The notes under the pieces: generated by a model
Told to the model about the DNA's origin: nothing
Databases searched by the model: none
What the model saw: only the letters and a program-made list of their open reading frames with translations
In this document: positions 53,250 to 59,958 of the stretch, piece by piece
Layout: the number at the start of each line of letters is the position of its first letter
How positions within the stretch are numbered: the first letter of the stretch is position 1
Translations under genes and position numbers: made by a program
DNA from: a virus
Lineage: Duplodnaviria > Caudoviricetes
Virus record (IMG/VR): IMGVR_UViG_3300014827_000001
Span: 1-59,958 of that record
Length of the DNA: 59,958 nucleotides
Strand: one strand, 5' to 3'

Positions 53250-53392
53250 TAGTTTCCCTTCAGAAATTCAGTGAACCGGCAACAAATATTGCCAGGGTAA
53301 TTCCAATTGCATAAACCCAATCAACAATGTTTGAGAGTTTGGCAGCTTTAGGGGAATTCCAGTAATCGCGCTTAGCTGCCCTGGATTGTGCA

Positions 53393-53554
53393 CTAGTGCC
53401 AGCGGCCATGGGAGTCCCCCACATATTCCCGCGTTACCAATTCCAGGGGAGTCGCCGCGCTGTATTCCGTTATCCACTTGGTAATTGTGTCCAAGGAATA
53501 GCTTTTTATGTAGATCACTCCACACCGTGGGAGACGTGCACCATATTCAATCAT
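53393..53554 (-). CDS. Hypothetical protein (53 aa)
   Basis: GGGGAG RBS. Confidence 0.5.
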   Translation of the reverse strand: MIEYGARLPRCGVIYIKSYSLDTITKWITEYSAATPLELVTREYVGDSHGRWH

Positions 53555-53559
53555 GGCGG

Positions 53560-53751
53560 TTACTCCCCTTCAGCGTTGAAAAACGGTGCAAACACTATGC
53601 GGTCACGCCGGTCACGACGTTCGGAGTCTGTCAGCATGCCGAACCACAGTTCGGGGCTGTATCCCCATGCAGCGGCGATAGCTGCATCTTGGACCGTGAT
53701 GATTGCCACGGGTGCCGGTGCGCCGTGCTTAACCAGCGTGTGATTCATCAT
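53560..53751 (-). CDS. Hypothetical protein
   Basis: D..IA..WGY....W..L...ER...R. Confidence 0.55.
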   Translation of the reverse strand: MMNHTLVKHGAPAPVAIITVQDAAIAAAWGYSPELWFGMLTDSERRDRRDRIVFAPFFNAEGE

Positions 53752-54177
53752 TTTGAGTGCCTGCCTTAGTGGAGTAGTGGGAATACGTTGCCCTAAATCT
53801 GTCCTATGTAGCTCGGTACTGTCAAGCACTAATTTTATAGCTGTACAGGGCAACGGCCCTTTGTTTGCATACATATACACGCGCGCGTCCAGGGAGGACG
53901 CAGATCATTTTTTGGTTGAGCCTTCAATAGTCGGATGTCCGAGCATCCCCGGTTTTGATTGAACCTTCAAGTGGCCGGCCTCCAGGAGAAAATCCGCGCC
54001 GCGACAACGATCCGGGGAGGGGTAAAGAAACCCCTCGCGCAAAAAGCTGGGAAAATCTGGAGGGGAAAAATAAATCCATCGAATTGAATTACATGAATGT
54101 CGTTTGAGGGCTTGTAACTCTGTAATCGGCCATGCGAGACTACAGGCATAACGAACACACCTACTGGGGAGCAGGAC

Positions 54178-54567
54178 ATGACCAGCAACGTCGTCAGCAT
54201 CAGCACGGGCCGTACCCGACGCACGGCCACCCGCAACATCAAAGACGTACAGACCGAGGTACAGCAGGCGATTTTGGGGCAGAGCAGCCTCTCAGACACC
54301 AATGTGGCTGAACATTCAGTCATCCTGAACGACCTGGACGCCCTCGCGGACGACATGCTCATCCGCAAACTGGCCCTGATTCACCGCCAGGAGGCCGACA
54401 GGCGCTCCTGGACCCTCGAAGAGGAGACCATGGCCGCTGAGATGGAATCCGCCGTGTATCTGGCCTTCCGTGCCGGTGTGCCGGAGGAAGCCATCTACGA
54501 TCTGGACCACACACCCCTGTCAGATGCCCTCAACCGGGCCATTGCGAAAGTAGCAGCCACAGCATGA
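54178..54567 (+). CDS. Hypothetical protein
   Basis: GGGGAG RBS; first gene of plus arm. Confidence 0.7.
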   Translation: MTSNVVSISTGRTRRTATRNIKDVQTEVQQAILGQSSLSDTNVAEHSVILNDLDALADDMLIRKLALIHRQEADRRSWTLEEETMAAEMESAVYLAFRAGVPEEAIYDLDHTPLSDALNRAIAKVAATA

Positions 54568-54818
54568 GTGAAGTAGCCGATTTCAAGACCCACTCCAACG
54601 ACGCCCTGCTCAACGTTGACATGGCACACAAGGCCGTGGAGAAGATCAACGCCGAGATAGCTGAGGCTGTGGACGCTGCGACGGCCAAGATCAATGCCGA
54701 GTACACGCCTCTGGTGTTTGAGTCACAGAGTGTCCTGTACGAGGCCATGGCCAAGGCTGCGGCTGCAGGGTTCACCTACAGGCAGCTGAACGATGTCATG
54801 GACTGCGACGGCCACTAG
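54564..54818 (+). CDS. Hypothetical protein
   Basis: ATGA coupling. Confidence 0.65.
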   Translation: MSEVADFKTHSNDALLNVDMAHKAVEKINAEIAEAVDAATAKINAEYTPLVFESQSVLYEAMAKAAAAGFTYRQLNDVMDCDGH

Positions 54819-54999
54819 GGGTACACCACCCTCGGTAAATCGCACGCAACCATGAAAAAGTCATTACTTACCTGCGAAACTCATCTAAATTGGCTCAAGA
54901 TCAGCTAAAGTCGTTGCTTAGTTCCGGGCGCTGTGCAAATATGTAACTACAGACGCACCACACAAGGAGTACCCACACCACACGAGGAGCAGACTCAAG

Positions 55000-55659
55000 A
55001 TGGCTAATTTTGTAGAGTTACACAACCAGTGGAGGGGGTTCGCTGCTGACAGGGCAAACGCACGAAAACAGATTGATGATGAACTGGCCGAGAACAACGC
55101 CAGGATCGAGGAGCTACGTCTCCGCAACGTGGAAATCAACACCACCATAGCCTCCGAGTTCACGGCTGAATGGAAACGCAAAAAGCTCGAACTACAGGAA
55201 GCTCGGGACCGAGCCGTGATGGAGGAGATGGCCAAGGGCAGATCAGCCCAAGCCATCCTCAGAGAACTCGGCTCACAGAACACCGTCTGGATTTACAAAC
55301 TCCGGGCGAAACTCGTGGCCGAGGGCAGATTGCCCGAGACCCAGAATGAGAACTCGGCCCCCGTATCCAAGGCGAGGCTGAATGCCAAGCAGCAGCTCGA
55401 TGACCAGATGGATGCCTCAGAGTACGAACACATCCAGTGGTTCGCTGGCACCGGCCCCGATCTGACCGGCTGGTACATCTCCGAGGATGAGCAGTTCGTC
55501 AAGCACCAGCGCCGAGGTGGCCGCTGGTTCATCGCAGGACCGCAGAACGAGTTCCTGAAGGGCGACAAGGGCTTCTATGACCTCATGGGCGAGGACGCCC
55601 TTGCCGATCACGTAGACAAGCTCCTGGACCTCATGGACAACAGTAAAAAGACCGCCTGA
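55000..55659 (+). CDS. Coiled-coil / HTH-like protein
   Basis: GAGGAG RBS; GRSAQAILRELG. Confidence 0.7.
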   Translation: MANFVELHNQWRGFAADRANARKQIDDELAENNARIEELRLRNVEINTTIASEFTAEWKRKKLELQEARDRAVMEEMAKGRSAQAILRELGSQNTVWIYKLRAKLVAEGRLPETQNENSAPVSKARLNAKQQLDDQMDASEYEHIQWFAGTGPDLTGWYISEDEQFVKHQRRGGRWFIAGPQNEFLKGDKGFYDLMGEDALADHVDKLLDLMDNSKKTA

Positions 55660-55674
55660 CCCACCCCATAAACC

Positions 55675-55718
55675 GAGAAGCCCACCCGCATCCCCCATTG
55701 CGAGGTGGGTTTCTCTTT
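55675..55718 (+). terminator. Intrinsic terminator
   Basis: GAGAAGCCCACC..GGTGGGTTTCTC-TTT. Confidence 0.65.
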
Positions 55719-55758
55719 GCCCTTTTGCACCCTGTACACCGCCTTTGGGAAATAGTGC

Positions 55759-55788
55759 TTTACATACCCTCGTGGACGGGTGTACTGT
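55759..55788 (+). promoter_or_regulatory. Promoter overlapped by 18-bp operator
   Basis: TTTACA-N18-TACTGT; ACCCTCGTGGACGGGTGT at 55766-55783. Confidence 0.65.
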
Positions 55789-55827
55789 CAGAACATAAGC
55801 ACTCAACCACACAACAAGGAGCACATC

Positions 55828-56091
55828 ATGAGCAGCGCACCAGCCATCACCATCACCAATGAGTTCGTCATCGACCACGCATCCCTCGGCTACGACGCCT
55901 ACCACGACTGGGACTCCGAACAGCAGGCCGCATTCCTCGCCGCATTCGCCACCGAACTCCGCAACGCCATGCGCTTCGACGGCATCATGCAGGTCCACTA
56001 CATCAACGAGGCACTCCGCAAAGACCACCGCGACCTCGCCGCCGTCCGCTGGCTCAACGACCAGCTCACCGACTACCTGCAGGAAGGCTAA
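55828..56091 (+). CDS. Hypothetical protein
   Basis: AAGGAG RBS. Confidence 0.7.
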   Translation: MSSAPAITITNEFVIDHASLGYDAYHDWDSEQQAAFLAAFATELRNAMRFDGIMQVHYINEALRKDHRDLAAVRWLNDQLTDYLQEG

Positions 56092-56095
56092 GGCC

Positions 56096-56323
56096 ATGAG
56101 CAAACAACTGACCACCTGGGCCGGAGACCACCCCGAGGAAGCAGAAGCCCAGCTGGCCAAGGCACACATCGAAATCGCCCCACTCCTCCGCTGCATCAAC
56201 GAGGACATCCACGAGTTCGAGAGTGGTGTGTGCCTGATCTGCGAGGCCGAGGATGAGGACTACGAGCCCACCGATGCACAGATTCCAGGCACTTACGAAA
56301 TCGGGAAGGCAGTAGCAGCATGA
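56096..56323 (+). CDS. Hypothetical protein
   Basis: C..H..CLIC pattern; coupled. Confidence 0.6.
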   Translation: MSKQLTTWAGDHPEEAEAQLAKAHIEIAPLLRCINEDIHEFESGVCLICEAEDEDYEPTDAQIPGTYEIGKAVAA

Positions 56324-56673
56324 GCGCTTGCCAGAACTGTGGACACCCCGCGTCCCATCACGAAGAGGCCGCGTGCTGGACCAAAGGCGACGGCAAGGAA
56401 TGCGCCGACTGGGCGGACATGGCGTGCTTTTGCCCCGAATACATGCTGAGCAAGACCATGGCCGAAGTGATACGCGAGGAACTGCGCAAGGGTAGCTACC
56501 AGATGCCCGGCGACACGCTCCCGTACGAGACGCAGGCCAACGCGATTGCTGCCCACCTCACGGCTGCGGGGTTTGGGTTGGTGGCCGACGCGTTCGAGGA
56601 GGGCGTATTTGCCTGCGTCACTGCCGTTGCTACCGACGTAGCGCCCATCAACCCCTACCGTGCCACTGGGTAA
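56320..56673 (+). CDS. Hypothetical Cys-rich protein
   Basis: CQNCGH...H..C..C.C. Confidence 0.6.
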   Translation: MSACQNCGHPASHHEEAACWTKGDGKECADWADMACFCPEYMLSKTMAEVIREELRKGSYQMPGDTLPYETQANAIAAHLTAAGFGLVADAFEEGVFACVTAVATDVAPINPYRATG

Positions 56674-56776
56674 ATCCTGCGCAAAACCTGCGCTACTAAC
56701 CGGTAGGCACAGGATTACCGTCACATGTCCATATATCTCACAGTTCATCTATCTATTTGAAGAAAGGTCTCATACG

Positions 56777-56983
56777 ATGCTCACACAGCAGTTGGTTGAA
56801 GCTCTTACAACAGAGCGAAAACGACAGGGTCTCACCCAGAAACAGGTTGCTGAGCGGATGGGAGCACACCCCCATTTCGTGCAAATCTTTGAATATCAGA
56901 AACGGGAGCCAAAGTTAACAACAATCGAGCGTTATGCCAAGGCGCTTGGGGTAATTTTGGAGTTCTCCTTCAGCAATCAGTAG
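56777..56983 (+). CDS. XRE-family HTH protein
   Basis: RKRQGLTQKQVAERMG..E..REPKLTTIERYAKALG; AAAGG RBS. Confidence 0.85.
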   Translation: MLTQQLVEALTTERKRQGLTQKQVAERMGAHPHFVQIFEYQKREPKLTTIERYAKALGVILEFSFSNQ

Positions 56984-56998
56984 TGGGGACATACATAA

Positions 56999-57187
56999 AT
57001 GGGCCGTTTCAGCGTAGGTCAGTCAGTCTGGATTTCACCGGGTCTCAGCGGTGAATATGTCATCGAGGATGAGGCAATCATCGTGGATGACCTGGAGGAT
57101 GGCTACATTGTCCTTCAGGAATCGGAGCTGATGCCATCTCATGGCATGGGGCATTTCGTACAGGACAGAGAAGTCTTGACGTGGTGA
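56999..57187 (+). CDS. Hypothetical protein
   Basis: 62 aa, FSVGQ.V start. Confidence 0.55.
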   Translation: MGRFSVGQSVWISPGLSGEYVIEDEAIIVDDLEDGYIVLQESELMPSHGMGHFVQDREVLTW

Positions 57188-57204
57188 CCTGACAGCCTGC
57201 GGAG

Positions 57205-57237
57205 AGGGGCCGGGTGCTTAGGCATTCGGCCCTTTTT
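57205..57237 (+). terminator. Intrinsic terminator
   Basis: GGGCCGGGTGC-TTAG-GCATTCGGCCC-TTTTT. Confidence 0.8.
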
Positions 57238-57248
57238 CATGCCCAAAA

Positions 57249-57281
57249 GCCCTTGTCCAAGAGTGTGTATAGCTGTAGTCT
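57249..57281 (+). promoter_or_regulatory. Promoter with degenerate operator
   Basis: TTGTCC-N17-TAGTCT; GCCCTTGTCCAAGAGTGT. Confidence 0.55.
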
Positions 57282-57321
57282 GTTGGTTACAGATACAGCC
57301 ATACAGACCCGAGGGGGAGCA

Positions 57322-57621
57322 ATGAGTGTTGATCTAGAAGTTGGGCTCGATTGGGAGCTGCTGACCAGTGAAATGGAAGCGCCACACTGCGAGTCACCGC
57401 ACCATGTACGATTCCAAGGCGACTCCCACGATGATGGCCCCGCCACCCACTACATGCTGATCGGCCATGGCTGTTATGGCCCTGTCGGGCAGGTGATCCC
57501 AGTCTGTGTCTCCTACGTCGCCCACTGGACCAGAGACCAAAGGATAGTTTTCTGCTCTCACTGTGGCCTCATTCTAGGCAAAGAGGAATTGAACAAAGTC
57601 CTCGGCCCCATCAACGCATAA
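57322..57621 (+). CDS. Hypothetical Cys/His-rich protein
   Basis: GGGGAG RBS; CSHC. Confidence 0.65.
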   Translation: MSVDLEVGLDWELLTSEMEAPHCESPHHVRFQGDSHDDGPATHYMLIGHGCYGPVGQVIPVCVSYVAHWTRDQRIVFCSHCGLILGKEELNKVLGPINA

Positions 57622-57645
57622 CCACCACACACTAAGGAGCACACA

Positions 57646-57876
57646 ATGAGCGCAACCAAGAAACGTGATCGTGTTATCGGACGCCTTTACTGGGACCCCA
57701 CACACCCGTCCCCATGGATGACTTTCGCCCACAAGACGGACTACCAGAAGTGGGCCACCGCAGTCCGTAAGGCCCGTCCCGGCACCAAGACGGAGTGGGA
57801 CTACATCGACCTCTGCTGGACTGCGGACGCCATGCTCAAGAGCATCCAGTGGGATGCAAAGGAGGGACAGTCATGA
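57646..57876 (+). CDS. Hypothetical protein
   Basis: AAGGAG RBS. Confidence 0.7.
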   Translation: MSATKKRDRVIGRLYWDPTHPSPWMTFAHKTDYQKWATAVRKARPGTKTEWDYIDLCWTADAMLKSIQWDAKEGQS

Positions 57877-58019
57877 GCAACCACAACCCCATCGAAATCA
57901 CCGGGAACATCATCGTCCACCACCCCAGCAAGAAGCAGGCCGAGGTCATCATCATCATCTTCGTGCCCTCCAAGGACTTTGGCAGTTCTTGGAGCACCGA
58001 GCTGCCCATAGCGGCATGA
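57873..58019 (+). CDS. Hypothetical protein (48 aa)
   Basis: ATGA overlaps on both sides. Confidence 0.5.
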   Translation: MSNHNPIEITGNIIVHHPSKKQAEVIIIIFVPSKDFGSSWSTELPIAA

Positions 58020-58309
58020 GCGCCATCTTCGATCTGGCCAGCAGGCAGTGGGCCGACATGCGCTCCGAGTACGAACGGTACGTGGAGGCTGCCTACAACA
58101 AGGCTCTGGAAGCCACAGGGGGAGTGCTGGTCAACGCCGAGGGCAGGGCCAAGCACATTGACGGCTATGACCTGTTCAGTGGCCCTGCTATCCGCGCGTA
58201 CCGCTACGCCAGTGAGGAACTGACCGACTACTGGGGACACAATCCGAGGATGACCATGCTCTACTTTGAGCAGCAATGGGTGGACGGCCACCTGGAGGTG
58301 GCAGCGTAA
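58016..58309 (+). CDS. Hypothetical protein
   Basis: A..AT.G.LVN..G..LFSGP..YASEEL..W...PR.T pattern. Confidence 0.75.
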   Translation: MSAIFDLASRQWADMRSEYERYVEAAYNKALEATGGVLVNAEGRAKHIDGYDLFSGPAIRAYRYASEELTDYWGHNPRMTMLYFEQQWVDGHLEVAA

Positions 58310-59706
58310 TGCTGGATAAGTGGATTCCGCGCCCGGATCAAGCTGCTGCCATCGCAGATGTCTTGGAAGACAAGCGTCACCTCTGCCGAGCGGAACGCGG
58401 TGCGGGCAAGACCTTGATCGGTGTTGAAGCCGTCCTCCAGAGCGGTGCAGCAGTGGCCCTGATTGTAGGGCCTCTCAACACCCGATCAGGCTGGGAGACT
58501 ACCTTCGAGCGGCAGTCAGGTGGTACCACACGATTCCGGGTCATCGACAGCACCAAGGACGGCAAGATCGCGTTTCAGGAGCTGGCCGAGGGTGCCAAAG
58601 GCGTCTACTTCATGGGCTGGACACGGTTCCGTATGTACGGCTGGAAGCCTATGCCCATCGACTTCATCATCTACGATGAGGTCCACGCGGGCCAGAACCG
58701 CAAGACAGGCACACACACCGCCATGAAGTCCGCGCTCCACATCCCGTACCACCTTGGCCTGTCCGCCACGCTCTCCGGCAACAAGGTGGAGGGTCAGTGG
58801 GCCATTCAGCACTGCTTCTGGTCGGATAAGGAAATCACCCCCGCGTACTGGCCGTGGGTTAGCAAGTTCCTGAACACCACACTTGATCCCTACCAAGGCA
58901 AGAAGATCAATGGGGAACGTGTGCCGGGAACTGTCTGGGCCGTGCTGCCCTCCAAGTCTGCCTTTGCCAGCCCGTTCCAAGCAGAGCCGATCATCTACAA
59001 CATTGAGGTTGATCTGCTTCCGGCCCAGCGCAAGGTCTATGACCGCTTCGAGAAGGAGGCTGTTGCCTGGCTCGGGGAGCGCCCGCTGGTGGCTGATCTT
59101 CCCGCCGTTCACCTGCTGAGGCTCAGGCAGATTTGCCTCGCTGTCCCGTCCATCAGGGACGTGTGGAAGACCATTGACGGCGAGGAGGTGCTGGTTGAGG
59201 AGGTCTACTTCGAGGACGATGCCAAGTCCACCAAGGCCGATGCCGTCATTGAAGTTCTCTCAGACATCTATGTGGTCAAGCCTGAGCCGGTCCTGATCTT
59301 CACCCACAGCCGCAAGTACGCCACGATGCTGACCAAACGCCTGCAGGCCAAGGGCTACAACGCACGCCAGTTCATCGGGGGCATGTCCCGTGAGGAGCGC
59401 GACTGGAAGCTGGAAGCGTTCGGCACCGAGTACGACATTCTGGTGGCCACTGTTGCCTCCATCGGGACTGGAACGGATGGGTTACAGGATGTGTGCAACA
59501 TCGAGTTCTGGGTCTCCCTTGACGATAACCGTCTGGTCAATAAGCAGGCTCTGGGCAGGCTCTCCCGCCCCGGCCAGAAGAAGACCGTGCTTCGGTACAA
59601 CTTCCTTGCCCGCAACACGGTAGAGGTCAAGAGGCTGGCACAGATGACCTCGGACCAAGAGCAGCTTGACCAGTCATACCACTATGACGTGGAGAGTGTG
59701 TCATGA
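58309..59706 (+). CDS. SF2 (SNF2-like) DNA helicase
   Basis: GAGKT, DEVH, SAT, TG.DGLQ, QALGRL.RPGQ. Confidence 0.92.
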   Translation: MLDKWIPRPDQAAAIADVLEDKRHLCRAERGAGKTLIGVEAVLQSGAAVALIVGPLNTRSGWETTFERQSGGTTRFRVIDSTKDGKIAFQELAEGAKGVYFMGWTRFRMYGWKPMPIDFIIYDEVHAGQNRKTGTHTAMKSALHIPYHLGLSATLSGNKVEGQWAIQHCFWSDKEITPAYWPWVSKFLNTTLDPYQGKKINGERVPGTVWAVLPSKSAFASPFQAEPIIYNIEVDLLPAQRKVYDRFEKEAVAWLGERPLVADLPAVHLLRLRQICLAVPSIRDVWKTIDGEEVLVEEVYFEDDAKSTKADAVIEVLSDIYVVKPEPVLIFTHSRKYATMLTKRLQAKGYNARQFIGGMSREERDWKLEAFGTEYDILVATVASIGTGTDGLQDVCNIEFWVSLDDNRLVNKQALGRLSRPGQKKTVLRYNFLARNTVEVKRLAQMTSDQEQLDQSYHYDVESVS

Positions 59707-59957
59707 GCTGCCCCGCCTGCCGATTCCCCGTAGCCGAGGATCAGCCACAGATGCGCGTCCACATAGGCGTCACGCAGGACGCAGACGGTTACATGGTCGA
59801 TCTGCTCCCCACCTTCCACCGGCCATGCGCCGCCTCTTACCTGATAGCCAAGGGCCGCGCCAAGACCGAAGCGCTCAGGGTCAGTAGGCCCACGCGGTGG
59901 CTCGAAGAATTGGCTGCCTAAAAGGTATTGACACTCGCCCACGACTGTCTGTAAGTT
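59582..59957. repeat. Terminal direct repeat / circular assembly overlap, copy 2
   Basis: Matches 1-376 with one mismatch. Confidence 0.95.
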
Positions 59958-59958
59958 C

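Overview
The window looks like a complete, circularly assembled genome of a long-tailed (siphovirus-type) actinobacteriophage of about 59.58 kb; bases 1-376 are repeated at 59582-59957. A host among Actinomycetes is inferred from the whiB gene, high GC and gene content. A plus-strand early/replication arm runs 54178->end->12064 (SF2 helicase, WhiB, Cas4-like nuclease, Sak4-like ATPase, HNH, SSB, primase-helicase, family A DNA polymerase, RuvC-like resolvase). It converges on a minus-strand late arm, 40951->12137 (terminase, portal, protease/scaffold, capsid, two tandem major tail paralogues, frameshifted tail chaperones, tape measure, minor tails, amidase-LysM endolysin, holin, metallophosphoesterase). 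A large serine integrase with a candidate 50-bp attP, a minus-strand accessory arm (2H phosphoesterase, adenine methylase) and a compositionally distinct ~4 kb block (49.4-54.1 kb; possible real genome ends) lie between the arms. The most unusual signals are non-coding: (i) three non-canonical tRNA-like RNAs at 41094-41593, two with large structured insertions (D arm, anticodon arm); (ii) a 45-nt minimal tRNA mimic at 5208-5252; (iii) candidate small RNAs at 31962-32040 and 43370-43640; (iv) an 18-bp palindromic operator overlapping five promoters. All calls come from reading the sequence and recognising motifs; no searches or folding programs were run.
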